From NCBI GenBank assembly GCA_052327205.1, contig CM126211.1, positions 35,588,001-35,652,000 of the forward strand: a stretch of 64,000 nucleotides of DNA, read 5' to 3'. Numbering within the stretch: position 1 is the first letter of the stretch; the number at the start of each line of letters is the position of its first letter. The translations under genes and the position numbers were made by a program. This DNA is from Somniosus microcephalus. Taxonomy: Eukaryota. The notes beneath the pieces were generated by a model. It was not told the origin of the DNA. It was given only the letters and a program-made list of their open reading frames with translations, and made no database searches. This document shows, one piece after another, positions 11,484 to 24,679 of this stretch.

Positions 11484-14400
11484 TGTTGTATCCATGTGTT
11501 AATGGAGACACGGAATGTAGGAGTTGGTTTCACAGGTGTTTACTGAACAAAGTCTGGAGGTGAACTAACAGATACAAGACACTATACAGGCTTATATAGC
11601 CCGAGTGGCCATTACCGGCATTACAGTACACAGGGGGCTCTTAAAGGCACATACACCACAATTCCTCCCCTTTTAGACAACCAGTACAGAACATTTTAAG
11701 TAATCATTAATTAACATGTTACAAGAACAATAATCTACACATTTGCTGCAGTTAATCAATTATAAGTCAGTCTCTCTGGAGACTTCCTGACTCGGTCCGG
11801 ATAATGCCTCGGTGGTGTAGTAGTTTCTGGTGGTGTAGTAGGTTCTTTTGGCAAGGTCGATTCGGCTTCAGTGCCAGTGTCGGGTTCATCTGGTTCCAGT
11901 ATTACCGGATCGGAGGTAGATACTATGGGTATCTCTGCTTCATCATTAGGCGTATAGAGTTGTGGTGTAGGTTGTCCCTTTTCGGATGACTCTATGATCT
12001 GGTCAGCATGGCGCCTTATTATGCTTTCTCCAATGTCCACGGTATACATCAGCGGTCCTAGTCGTGTGCAAATAGTTCCAGGCTGCCATTTCTCGGTACG
12101 GTAGTCCCAGGCCAAAACTTGTTGACCTATCTGGAAGGTTCTAGTTGGCCTTTCATTCATGCCTTGAAATTGCCGGTTCTCCACGTCCCTTCTGATGTTT
12201 GGCTTGATCAAATCCAGCCGGCATCTTAGGCTTCTATTGAAGAACATCATGGCGGGAGTTTGGTTTGTAACCACATGTGTTGCATTCCTGTATGCAAACA
12301 AGAAGTTATCTACCTTATGCTGTAGATTTATGTCTTCATTACCCATGGTCATTATGGCCTTCTTGAAGGTCTGGACAAACCTTTCAGCCAATCCATTGGT
12401 GGCGGGATGGTATGGGGCGGACGTGTAGTGCTTAACCCCATTGTTTTTTAAGAACTTCCTGAATTCTTCGGACACAAATTGCGGTCCATTATCAGAACAG
12501 ATCTGTTCAGGCAGCCCATTCCTGGTAAATATGGTCCTTAATACTGTGATGGTTTTTTCCGTGGTGGTGGAGGACATCTTTATTACCTCCGGCCACTTGG
12601 AGTGTGCATCAACCGCGATTAAGAACATTGAGTCCATAAATGGACCAGCAAAGTCGATGTGTACCCTTTGCCATGGAGATGAGGGCCACTCCCATGGATG
12701 TAGAGGGGCTTGTGGTGGGGCGTTTTGGACCTTCTGGCATCCTAGGCAGCTCTTGATCATTTCTTCGATGTCTCCATCGATACTTGGCCACCACACAAAC
12801 GCTCTGGCTAGGTTCTTCATTTTCACTCCACCCAGATGCCCCTCGTGAAGCTCTTTTAGCACTTTATCCTGGAGTTTGGGTGGAATCACCACTCTGGATC
12901 CACACATCAAGGTTCCTCGGCACACTGACAGCTGTTCTCTTCTTTGCGAGAATGCTGGCAACAGTGGTTCGCCATGTGCTGGCCATCCCTTCACCGTTAA
13001 ATTGTAGACTCGTGAGAGAGTCGGGTCATTTCTCGTTTCTTTTAATGGCAGAATTTGTTACTGGTAGACATTCCACTATGGTTGAGGGGAACATCTCACT
13101 GGGTCCACTGTAGGTGCCTCTTCTACCGTTGGCAACGGTAGGCGCGATAAACCGTCAGCATTCCCATGCTGTTTTGATCTTTTGTATTCTATGTCATATT
13201 GGTGTGCCCCTAGGAAAAGGGACCACCTCTGTAGCCTTTGCGCTGTCATAATGGGAACACCCTTTTTAGGGTTAAATATGGAGACGAGGGGTTGATGGTC
13301 AGTCAACAAGGTAAATTTTTGTCCGTGTAGGTAATGGTTGAATTTCTTAACTCCCCATACCAGGCTGAGTGCTTCCCTGTCGATCTGGGCATAGTTACGC
13401 TCAGCTGAGTTCAATGAGCGTGACGCAAAAGCTATTGGCCGCTCCAAACCATCAGGGAATCTATGCGATAATACCACCCCTATGCCGTAAGGGGATGCGT
13501 CGCACGCCAGTCTGATTGGCAGTGATGGGTTGTAATGAGCCAAAACTTCCTTGGACGTGATCAAGCCTTTGCATTTATGGAAGGCACGTTTACAGTCTTC
13601 GCTCCATTTCCAAATTACTCCCGTTTGTAGCAGTTCATTAAGAGGGTGCAGAACAGTTGACAAGTTCGGTAAAAATTTATGATAGTAATTTATCAATCCC
13701 AGGAACGACCTTAATTGTGAGACATTTTCAGGTGCTGGGGCTTTTATGGCCGCTTCAATTTTTTCAGGTGACTTATGCAACCCTTCCTCGTTAATTATGT
13801 GGCCACAATATGATATTTGTTTCTGGAAAAATTCGCACTTGGGGCGATTTGCTCGTAGGCCCTGTTCTCTCAGCCTAGTGAGCACCTGGTCCAAATTGGC
13901 AAGGTGCTCGTTGTCGTTTTCTCCTGTTACAAGGATGTCGTCTAGGTAGCATTGAGTCCCCAGAATCCCTTGGAGGACTTGCTCCATAGCTGTTTGCCAG
14001 ATAGCTGGAGCTGATGCTCCTCCGAAAACTAGTCGATTGTACTGGTACAGGCCTTTGTGTGTATTAATCGTGAGATACTTTTTAGAGGCCTCTTCAACCT
14101 CCATCTGTAGATATGCTTGTGCCAAGTCAATTTTGGTGAAACGTTTCCCTCCGGATAGTGAGGCGAAAATATCTTCTATCCTCGGAAGAGGATACTGTAC
14201 CGTGTGAAGGACCGGGTTTACAGTCACCTTGAAGTCCCCACAGATGCGAATTTTTCTCTGTTGTTCAGATTTATCATTATTCAACGTTTTCTTCATGACC
14301 GGGACGATGGGTGTTGCCCACTCGCTCCAATCTATCTTGGATAATACGCCTGCCTTTTCCAAATTCTCCAGCTCTGCCTCGACTGCTGGACGAATTACGT

Positions 14401-16399
14401 ATGGCACCGGCCTTGCCTTTAAAAACTTGGGAATTGCCGCATCTTCCACTTTTATTGAGACGGTGATGCCTTTCAAGGTTCCTAGTTCCTGTTGAAACAC
14501 TTCCTTGGCGTTGGCCAAGATGCCTTTTAATCGTACAGGTATGACGTCATCATCATTTTTTTTCTTACTGGTCACCGTCAGTGCCTGAATGGAGTGCCAG
14601 TCTAAACGTATCTTCCTGATCCATTCATGTCCCAACAGCGGTGGACCACCATCTTGCAGAACGTAGAAATACAACTTCTGTATTTCCTTGCCTTTGTATA
14701 CAACAGGCACCCTTATTTTCCCTTTGGGGTATACTTTCTGCCCCGTATATGTTTTCTAGACAATGGATGTGTCTTTCAGAGGTATATGCGGAAATAGCCG
14801 CTCGTAATCCCATCGACTTATGATGGTCGGAGCTGATCCTGTATCTAGCTCCATTTTAACTGGGGACCCCGCTATCGTGAGGTTAACCCAAATGGTCTGG
14901 TAATCTTCTTTGGCAATTACATTATGTAATTTGAGACAGCTTAGTCTCTTGTTTCCGGAGTCGCTATCGCTCTTCTGGTCTTCGGAGCTACTGTCCGTCA
15001 TCATTTGTACCTTTCTGTACTTTTCCTTATTGATTTTTTTCCTCTCCGTGGATTTTTTTGTTTCCAGATCGGCATACACGTGCAATGTGTCCAATCTTTC
15101 CGCATTGCCTGCATGCTTTGTCCTTGAACCAGCAGTCCCTCTGGTCATGGGTGGATCTGCTGCAGCGATAACATCTCTCGAAACCCTGTGTCATTTCATG
15201 GGTGCCGAAGTCCTGTGGCTTTTGCTGTATCTCTGCAGCTCCTCTTGCGGCTGCTTCGTATGATACAGGCACACTGAAAGCCTTGTCCAGTGTCAAATCA
15301 TTCTCAGAAAGTAGCCTTTTCAGTGTTATTTCACTTAGGAGACCACAGACGAATTTGTCTCGAAGAGAATCTGCCAGTCCTGCTCCGAATTGGCAGTGCT
15401 TTGACAGCTTCCTTAATTCGGTGAGGTAATCAGCGTTACTTTCATTCTTGTGCTGATTCCTCCTGAAGAATTTGAATCATTCCGCTATCAGCAGCGGTTT
15501 TGGGTTTAAGTGCTCCTGTAGGGTATCAACAATCTCCTTAAAATTCTTGTCCCTCGGTTTGGCTGGAGTGATTAAGTTTCGTAACAGCCCGTATGTCCTT
15601 GCGCCCATTAGATTTAGAAGTACTGATGCCTTTTTATCATCCTCTATTTCATTTGCTGTGCAATATACCTCCACTCTTTCCACATATGTGGTCCAATCCC
15701 CTATATCGCTATCGAAAGCAGTAATATTGCCAGTCTTAGGCATCCTGAAAAAAAAATGGCGCCTCCCGCGCTTTCCTTTCTTCCCCGCAGAAAAAAATGG
15801 CGCCTCCCGCGCTTTCCCGCCGCTGCCGCTGCTGACAACGCTGTTCTCTGCGGTTTTTATTTACACAGGTATTTTTTTTAATAGGTGGAGACTCGTTCCC
15901 GCCGGACTCTCTGGGACTTTTCCCTCCCTCTGCTTGGTCCGAACGCCGACCTGCTTTGCAGCGCCGGCCGTCTCCCGAGTGCTCCACCCTCTGTCTCTGT
16001 TTGCCTCCGCCTTCGCTGCTCGGCCCCGCTGCAGAGCCAGCCGATGGAGCCCCAGCCCGCTGCCCAGGATGGATTATTGCAGTACCTGCCATCAGCTCAG
16101 CTAGCTGGTGAAACCACTGTTTTTTTTTTTCTTTCTTGTTTTTCTTCGACTTTCGTCTGAGGAATCGATCTCCTTGAGGTGCTGCCAAATTGCAGGTAAG
16201 TCCGTTTCCAATTCGTCGCCACTGTTGTATCCGTGTGTTAATGGAGACACGGAATGCAGGAGTTGGTTTCACAGTTGTTTACTGAACAAAGTCTGGAGGT
16301 GAACTAACAGATACAAGACACTATACAGGCTTATATAGCCCGAGTGGCCATTACCGGCATTACAGTGCACAGGGGGCTCTTAAAGGCACATACACCACA
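11484..16399 (-). mobile_element. Gypsy LTR retrotransposon G1 (K02A2.6-like)
   Basis: 177-bp TG..CA LTRs at 11484-11660 and 16223-16399, 5-bp TSD AGGGG, PBS TGGCGACGA, PPT at 11661-11675. Confidence 0.95.
11756..15743 (-). pseudogene. gag-pol of G1 (frameshifted)
   Basis: Zinc knuckles, LDTGS protease, RT YLDD, RNase H DAS, integrase HHCC plus D..D..E, split over several ORFs. Confidence 0.93.
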
Positions 16400-17827
16400 A
16401 GGGGCACACCCTTAACAATCAGTATCTGACGATGTATCAATTAGGAAGTCAACTGGGCCCAGTCTGCAAAATGTAGTTTGTAAGCTAGATTAGTATTTTT
16501 TTTATCCTTAATAAACAAACTTGATTGTGATTAATTTATCATTCAAGTTGGGATTTTATTAAACCCTAAAACAAGTTTTTGGGTCACTGCACATATGTAG
16601 GGGGTTAAATTGGATAACCCCCCAAAATGGGCGCAGAGATCGCAATGTGTGATTAACCCGAGTCCGTTGATTGCAATGCATGCAGGATGCTAACTTTGTG
16701 CTGCCTGCTCATTTCCCTGATTACTACATGCAGCCAACACTCCCCACGCTGTTCATTGGCTGCACGCATCAGCAAGGGACCCAATATCATGAGTGCCTAG
16801 CACTACTTAAAGGGCAGGTGCATTGTGGCTGCTGGTGGTGCTGGGATCATTCTGAATATTGTGCTGTGGAAGAATCAACAATGGCTAACCATGGGAGAGA
16901 GCGTGCACCAAGGTTTTCGGATGCTGCACTGGAGGTATTAGTAGAAGAGGTGGAAAGAAGAAGAGATGTCCTGTATCCTCACGGGGGCTGGAGGCATTCC
17001 AGACACATCCTCAGAAAGCAGTGGTAAGAGATAGCGGTGGAGGTCAATGCCAGGCGTGTTGCCCCAAGGATCAGAATGCAGTGCAGGAAGAAGTTTAATG
17101 ATCTCACAAGAGTTGTCAAACTCAGTGAGTTCATCTTCAAATGCCATATCCTACCAACTGCACCACTAGCCTTATCCACTTCTCAATTCACTACACACCC
17201 ATCACTCACCTACCAACAATCTCTATCAATCAGGACTCATACCTAACATTCACATGCTTTACCTGACCCTCACACACTTAGCACTGTTGCAAGCCTCATA
17301 CCCACATCTCACAGCTTACGCACACTAGCATGACAGTCACATCAGCACAACTCACTGACACACTTCCCTCTTTCTTGCAGGAGAAGGTGGCACACAACAG
17401 CAGGCAGCAGGAATTAACGGGAGGGGAACAAGCGCGCCTGCATGATTTGACCCCCAAGGAGGAGACTGCAATGGCCATTATGGGAAGAGCCTTTGGTAAG
17501 CCCGTGACCACTGGGGGGGCTGAAGCAATTGAAGATGAGGATATCCGCATAACTAATCCTCCTTCCCTCATCCCACTTCTCCCTCATCCCTCAATCTGAC
17601 TTACAAACTGCAGATGGTGCGATTATACATTAGTAACCTTCTCCTCTCCCCTCACCACAACCCAATGCTTGTCTCTTTTTTATTTCAGATACTCAAGAAC
17701 TGGAACCTGCCCAGCAGTCGAAGCAAAACAAAAGAAAGTTAAGATGAAGGGACACCGTCACTCGATTTCACAGTCGCAGCTACCAGCTCAGATATTGAAA
17801 ATCCGCGTATTTTAGAGGATAGGATTG

Positions 17828-18271
17828 AAAGAAAGACTTGCATTTATATAGCACCTTTCACGACCTCACAATGTCCCAAAGCAATTTACAGCCAATGAAT
17901 ACTTTTGAAGTGTAGTCACTGTTGTAATGCTGGAAACGCGTCAGCCAATTGCACACAGCAAGCTCCTACAAACAGCAATGTGATAATGACCAGATAATCT
18001 GTTTTTGTTATGTTGATTGAGGGAAAAATATTGGCCAGGACAATGGGGAGAATTCCACTGCTCTTCTTCACAATATTGCCATGGGAATTTTTACATCCAC
18101 CTGAGATAGCAGACTTGGTTTAACATCTCATCTGAAAAATGGCACCTCCGACAGTGCAGCATTCACACTGGAGTTTCAGCCTAGATTATTTTGCTCAAAT
18201 CTCTGGAGTGGGACTATGAACCCACAACCTTCTGCCTCAGAAGGCAAGTGTGCTACTCACTGAGCCACAGC
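17828..18271 (-). mobile_element. tRNA-derived SINE (SacSINE1/DeuSINE-like)
   Basis: tRNA-like head with A/B boxes on minus strand (ctgtggctcagtg...ggttgtgggttca) and tail ...tataaatgcaagtctttct. Confidence 0.8.
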
Positions 18272-18543
18272 TTCCATTAAGGTAGAATTTGCACGTGATG
18301 AGACAGCTGGCACAAATACGCTGCAGCCAGAACTGGGAGAAAGGATAGCGCAGGTGCCAGCTTGCCAGAGGGCGAGGTCACACACTAGTTCTGCTGCAGA
18401 GGACTCAGATGAGGACTTCGATGGGCCATGCTACAGAAGATGGCTGATGGGTGTATACATCAAAATGCTTGGTGCATTGGGAAGCCTGAAGGAAAGCCTG
18501 CATTCAATTTCAAGGAGCATGGAGGTGTCTGGCACCAACTTGG

Positions 18544-18647
18544 CACAGGGCTTTGCGCAGAGCTTGAAGCCCATCCTTTCCAACATGGAATGGGGGCACA
18601 GGGCTTTGCGCAGAGCTTGAAGCCCATCCTTTCCAACATGGAATGGG
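18544..18647. repeat. Perfect ~52-bp tandem duplication
   Basis: gcacagggctttgcgcagagcttgaagcccatcctttccaacatggaatggg occurs twice. Confidence 0.9.
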
Positions 18648-19324
18648 TGGCCACTGTAAGACATTCTGATTGTCTGACAGTTTATAGAGTTCAGACCCAT
18701 AGAACAGACAATACAAATCCCAATGAATCTGTAAAACCTTTTTACTTAATAATCAACAAGAGGTTACAAGTAATTACCAGAATACAAACTGTACTCAATT
18801 CATGTACTTATTACAAGCAAGCATCTAAAATCATTGGCCTAGAAATTCAGCTGTTTGCGCCAGCCGTTAGCGCCAGATTTCCGGCGCTATCCACTTAGCG
18901 CCCGGGCACCGCCGGATCTGCGCCTACGCCGAAATTCAGCTGGGCTTTAGCGCCGGCGCAAAGTGTTAGCGCCCGCTCAGCTGCGCGCGCATCTTATGAC
19001 GTCATTCCGTCGTGCAACGCCGTTTGTGCGCCCCAAACCGGAAATTCAGTGGCGCCCGGCCGATGTGGCCGTGGCGCTGCTAAGAACTGTGAAATGGAAC
19101 TCAACAGAGGCCCTGTGGGATTCGGGGAGCGCTAATTAAAGGGCACATCCACTCACCCATAAAAGCCAGCCATTTCGCTGCAATGACTTGACTGGTTTGG
19201 ATTTCTGCACAGAGAGCAAGGCACAGAGATTACTGATTTCGGACACCATAGGAGAGGTATTTTTGGCTTCTAGCCAGTGCTTTGACATTTGCATCCTTGT
19301 GATTTTGCTGTTTGGAACTTTGTA

Positions 19325-20461
19325 ATGGGGGCTGCATGGGGGGCCAACCCTCAGTTCCTACATTTTGTGCGAAGGGCTCGCAGACGCTTTGAGAGAGGGC
19401 CAGGCATGCCTAGACGCAGAGGGGCCATTAGGCGTCGCCAACGTAGGCCTTACCCAGTCAGGCAATACCGGGAGCAGGTCTCATATCTCACCATGACTGC
19501 GGCGCATTGTGTTAAGAGGCTGCGCTTCAGAAGGGAGGTGGTTGAAGAGATCTGCCAGCTGCTTCATGCAGATTTGCAGCCACAGCTCATGTCCAGGGCA
19601 TCTCTCTCGGTGGAAGTGAAGGTCACGGTGGCTCTCAGCTTTTATGCAAGCGGCTCCTTCCAAGCCGCTGCTGGGGACATCGCGAACATCTCCCAGTTCG
19701 CCGCGCATCGCTGCATCCGACAGGTCACCGAAGCACTTTTCGCGAGGAGGCACCAATTCATCTCCTTCCCCATGACCCAACACAAGCAGGAGCAGCGTGC
19801 ATTCGGATTTGCCAGGATCGCGGCCTTCCCCATGGTGCAGGGCGCCATTGACTGCACGCATGTGGCTATGCGGGCACCTATCCACAATGCCGAGCAATGC
19901 CGCAACCGGAAGGGCTACCATTCCCTAAATGTGCAGCTGGTGTGTGACCACAGGCAGCGCATCCTAGCTGTCAATGCCCGCTTCCCAGGAAGCAGCCACG
20001 ATGCCTTTATCCTGCGCCAGACTACTGTGGCTGACATGTTCCAGGCACAGCCTCCACCAAGGGGATGGCTTATCGGGGACAAGGGCTACCCTTTGTGCAG
20101 ATGGCTCATGACCCCGCTCCGCGCGCCCAGGACCCCAGCGGAGCTGGCATACAACGAAAGCCATCAAGCCACAAGGAACCTAATAGAGCAAACGATAGGC
20201 GTCCTCAAGCAACGGTTCCGTTGCCTGGATCGTTCGGGCGGGTCTCTTCAGTATTCGCCGGATAGAGTCTCCCAGTTCGTCGTGGTGTGCTGCATGCTCC
20301 ACAACCTGGCTATCCGCAGGACTCAGGCACTGCCACCTGACATTGCCCCACCACCTCAGGAGGACGAGCAGGAGGACCCTGAGGAGGAGGAGCACCAGGC
20401 CAGGAGGGAGCGACAAGGTCCAAGGGCCGTCCGCCGGGGGCTTATTGCTCGACACTTCTAG
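19325..20461 (+). CDS. HARBI1-like DDE transposase (Harbinger B)
   Basis: Uninterrupted 378-aa ORF with GAIDCTH, IGDKGYP and NLIEQTIGVLKQRFRCL motifs. Confidence 0.93.
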   Translation: MGAAWGANPQFLHFVRRARRRFERGPGMPRRRGAIRRRQRRPYPVRQYREQVSYLTMTAAHCVKRLRFRREVVEEICQLLHADLQPQLMSRASLSVEVKVTVALSFYASGSFQAAAGDIANISQFAAHRCIRQVTEALFARRHQFISFPMTQHKQEQRAFGFARIAAFPMVQGAIDCTHVAMRAPIHNAEQCRNRKGYHSLNVQLVCDHRQRILAVNARFPGSSHDAFILRQTTVADMFQAQPPPRGWLIGDKGYPLCRWLMTPLRAPRTPAELAYNESHQATRNLIEQTIGVLKQRFRCLDRSGGSLQYSPDRVSQFVVVCCMLHNLAIRRTQALPPDIAPPPQEDEQEDPEEEEHQARRERQGPRAVRRGLIARHF

Positions 20462-20831
20462 GCCCCCTGTCAGGGAATGGCCTGGCCCACTGAACGCAGC
20501 CGCTTCGCAAGCCCTCAGCCGGTTAACCCAACAACCACTTGAAACATGACACCTGCACATGGTGAATAAATAAACATCTTTATTTCAAAAACTCAGGGCC
20601 CTTCTCACATGGAAGAGCAAAACAGTGAAGACCCCCAAAAAACAGTAACAAACTTCTGTCACTCCCAAAACCTGGGGAGGACTAACATAACATCACCATC
20701 CAAATGGCCTTCGTCACTGGCCTAACAAAAACAAGCCCCCCCCACAACACAAAGACCCCCATAAAACCAAACCACATAATGCCCCCCAGAACAGAAGCCC
20801 CCGCATCACCCAAACCCTCGCTCAACACACT

Positions 20832-22996
20832 CTATTCGGTGTGGCGAGAGGGCGAGTCTGTCGACAGCCGTCTTTTGCCCCGGCCCGTCCTGCTGCTGCG
20901 CCTCAAGCTGGGCCGTGAGGCTGTGGCGAGGCTGGGGGAAGGATCCTCAGGGCGACAAGGCGTCTCGCCAGATGCCCTTGGGGGTCGGCCTACACGAGGG
21001 CGGGCCCGGGAGGGGCCGGCTGGTGGCTGCTGCAGCTGTGGGTGGCCCTCTTCACTGGCTGCAGTAGCTCCTTGCACCCTGGCTGGGGGAGTCGCAGGCT
21101 CGCCTGCACCAATGGGGACAAGGTGGGTGATGCCAGGCGCGCGCTGGGCGCCAGACACACGTGCACTCGGCCGGCCTGGCCGGGGAGCAAGCGCGCCAAA
21201 CTGTTGGCCGCCAGACCGGTGTGCGGCAGCAGGGCGGCGGCTGGCCTGGCGACGCCTCCGCGCCAGTGCGAGGGTGGCAGAAGTCAGTGCCCCAACTGCG
21301 CCGGCATGTCCCCGCATCTGCAGTGCCATTGTCTGCACAGCACCTCTCAGCTGGCGACTGGCGTGCTGCGCTGCCTCGAGTTGTTCGACCCCCCTCTCAT
21401 GCGCTGCCACAAGGAGCTCCACCCCCCTGGCGTGCGCTGCTGCGAATAGCTCTAGGCCCCTGGCCTGGGATTGGCCGAAAGCCACCACACTTTGAGCGAG
21501 GCGTTCGATGGCGTGAGGCATCTGTGCCACCACCTCCATGATTTCGACGTGCCGGCGCTCCGACGCCGCCGACATCTCGTCCAGGAGGCGCACCTCCTGG
21601 GCGACGTCCGAGTCCGGACTGGAGGGCGCCTCCACCCTCTGGCCAGAAGGCTGGCGTGCCGCCGGAGCCTTGCCGCGTGCGTCCATGCCACTGGGACCAG
21701 GTTCGGGGCTCCCCTCCCCCGCCTCCCCCTGGCTCTCCGGCACGCCAGACGTCTCCCCTTCATTGCCATCTCCTGGAGCGGAGGAGGGTTCCCCCGAGGT
21801 GGCGCCTTCCTGCTGCTCCTCGACGTCCTCCTCCTCCGAGGGCCTGGCTGTGTGGGCTTCAGGGAGCACCTCCTCCTCACCAGCTGAAAGCAGGAAGGCA
21901 CAAGTGTAGCTTTAGAGTGAGGACAGGTCGACAGCGAGGGAGGCCGCACTGGTGCATTATGCGCATTTTTCGGCCAGTGGGGAAGGATGTAGATCTGATG
22001 CGCGAGGGCAAGGAGAGAGGTGCACCCGGTCCTGTCCTTACCAGTGGGTTCCAGTATAGGGTCGGCGTCGCCGAGCGCCACAGGCCCAATCACCGGGTGA
22101 CGCAGCAGTCGGGCCACCCTCTCTTCCAGAGCCGTTAGCTCCTGGTAATCGCGAGGGCCTCCACCAGTGACACGCAGGCTCCTGGCATTCCTCGCCAGCT
22201 TGGCCTGCAAGAGAAAGGAGGGCGTCTAAGTACAGTGTGGTGCCCCGTTGCTGTGTGTGAGGCCTCCCATGGTGGAATAGCTTGCACAGTGTGGTGCCCT
22301 GTAGCTGTGTGTGAGGCCTCCCATGGTGGAATAGCTTGCACAGTGTGGTGCCCTGTTGCTGTGTGTGAGGCCTCCCATGGTGGAATAGCTTTCACAGTGT
22401 GGTGCCCCGTTGCTGTGTGTGAGGCCTCCCATGGTGGAATAGCTTGCACAGTGTGGTGCCCTGTTGCTGTGTGTGGGGCCTCCCATGGTGGAATAGCTTG
22501 CACAGTGTGGTGCCCTGTTGCTGTGTGTGAGGCCTCCCATGGTGGAATAGCTTGCACAGTGTGGTGCCCTGTAGCTGTGTGTGAGGCCTCCCATGGTGGA
22601 ATAGCTTGCACAGTGTGGTAAGTGCAGAAAGAGCTATTGATTAACATGCAAGTGCCATTGCAGCGGCAGCAGGGCTGGGCATTAGACCTTGGATGTCCCT
22701 TTGGCCCTAATGGGAGGAGCACATGCAAGGATGAGGGGGACATTGGAAAGGGTACTCACCTTGACCAGCCGACATAGGTCATTGTATTTCTTGCGGCACT
22801 GGTCCGCACTCCTGGGAACATCGGAGTTGGAGGAGACCCTCCGGGCAATTTTGGTCCACGCCTCCCTGAACTGGCTCCTGGGAGCCTTCCTGCCACTAGC
22901 CGGGCACACGACCCGTCTTCTTTTGCGCACCCCATGAAGGAGCACACCCAGCGCATGCTCAGAGAACCGCTGGGCTCTTTCACGGGCCCTCTCCAT
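20832..22996 (-). CDS. Myb/SANT-like protein of Harbinger B (exons 22996-22760, 22204-22042, 21883-20832; 483 aa)
   Basis: Canonical GT-AG sites; exon lengths 237+163+1052=1452 nt keep frame with no internal stop; Myb motif RFSEHALGVL...W...CRKKYNDL. Confidence 0.88.
22233..22619. repeat. 54-bp tandem array (7 copies) in intron 1 of Harbinger B Myb gene
   Basis: Unit cagtgtggtgccc(c/t)gt(t/a)gctgtgtgtgaggcctcccatggtggaatagcttgca. Confidence 0.97.
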
Positions 22997-23911
22997 GACC
23001 TCCAGGCGTTGATATGGCACACAACCAGTCCTGAGGCCTAGTTGCAGGGCTACAGCATGCAGGGCGTGGCTGCAGTCAAAGTTGACCCTTCCCCCTTTAA
23101 GAGCTGGGTGTCTGCTGACACTCACCACATGATCGCACCTGCGCTGCGCCCGGAATCGGCGTTATCAGGCTGCATCGCCGGATTAGCGCCTGAACACAGG
23201 GTTCCAACGCCTTTTGCAGCGCTCGGCCAAAAAGTTGGCCAAATCTACTGAATTTCGGCGAGCTCGCCTGCACTTTCCGGCGGCCGCTAAATTTGACGAG
23301 CGCCCGACTTTAGCGCCGCAATAGCGTCCGAACTGAATTTCTAGGCCATTGACTTTAAGCTCAGGTGATTATAAGCACCACATATGTACAAACACCAGAT
23401 GAGAGGTCAATTCAACGATGACTAGACTTATGATTTTAACTGGCAACTGACCAGGTCACGAACGACTATAGACCCAAATGTCAGCCTACAACATCCCTTA
23501 TACCCCAAAACTTGACAACTCACCCACAGCATTCATGTCCCAAACTGTGTGGATGATGTTAGATCCATGGTTCAGTGGATAAATAATTACATGGACGCTG
23601 TACATAAACAAACAACAGGTCTTTACTGGAGGAGGGTCATCTCTAGACTGGAGTACAGAGGCATGCGCACAGCTTATATACCGGTGTGGTTACTGCCGGT
23701 ACTACAGTATACAGGAGCTGTAAAAAGTAGTTCTGACTTAAAGCACATACACTCCAGATAATGTAGTTTTTCCCTCTCTCTCTCTCTCTCTTCCTATCTG
23801 TTATGACACTTAGTTAACCAAGGCCAGACATCCAAGGATTGGAGAGAGTCGATGTTTTTCACATCTGCAGGATTGTTGACTCATGGTTCTCACAGAATTT
23901 TCAAGATCTTA

Positions 23912-24062
23912 GCCCATATTTTACGATTCCTACGGGTGTGTACGCGATGTGTAGGGACCTCGCCCTGGAGAAGGGCCTCCGCAGATGGAGAGTTCCACTT
24001 TCTGCAGAACCTCAGCCCACTGAAAATCTTTAAAAGTGTTACGCTTGGTAAAAGCATAGGCT
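23912..24062 (+). mobile_element. Truncated MITE fragment of the 6623-7379 family
   Basis: ctacgggtgtgtacgcg...ccctggagaagggcctc...ttacgcttggtaaaagca resembles the left part of 6623-7379. Confidence 0.6.
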
Positions 24063-24679
24063 GACAGGAATCTTTGAGATGGAGCAGAATCCCGATCATT
24101 GGCCAGAATAATTCCTTCATTTTATACAGTTCAGCCTCTCAATACTGATTTTTTTTAAAAACAAAACAAAACGGGACTTCCTATTTTTCTTTTTCTGTTT
24201 CGGGCAATTTTCGACTCCTACCACTGATGATACCTCAAGGGTGTCTTTTTATTTCTTTCACTACGTCGTGGGGTAGGAGGGGTCTGTTGGACTCGTCTGC
24301 GGACAGGAGGTGGTTCCAGACCTGGGGATGAGGAGGTTTCTACAGCTCCCATGTCCTGTCCACCTTCATTTGGACCATACTGTACCTGTGGAGGCACCAC
24401 TTCAGGCAAGGGCACCTCATTGGGTGGGGGTGTCTCATTAGACACCCCTTCATCATCCCACTGGAGAGAATAAATCTGGCTCACCATGCTCAATCTTGGC
24501 TTGTTGTCTTCTTGACCTGCTTGTGGGCTGAAAAGCTTCATCTGGTTAATATGAAACCATTTGATTTCCTTAGGTAACTGAACTGCGTATACCATAGGAC
24601 AAGCTTTGTCAATAATGTTATACGGCCCCTTGTAGAGGGGTTTAAAACCTCCCACCCTCACCATTACCTGGCTCTCTAC

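Larger units (their letters stand above)
18836..23347. mobile_element. PIF/Harbinger DNA transposon B, apparently intact
   Basis: Perfect 15-bp TIRs GGCCTAGAAATTCAG, TSD ATT, both genes open. Confidence 0.95.

Noticed and set aside
15736-16272. Extra ORF upstream of Gypsy gag (also 53117-53467)
   Set aside because: GC-rich leader whose frame relative to gag differs between G1 and G3; no recognisable domain
20704-21495. 263-aa plus-strand ORF in Harbinger B
   Set aside because: Antisense shadow of the GC-rich Myb exon 3
22233-22619. CRISPR-like array or repeat-protein ORFs (202, 128 and 122 aa)
   Set aside because: Units are near-identical with no unique spacers; the ORFs arise because the 54-bp unit is a multiple of 3, and they lie inside a GT-AG intron
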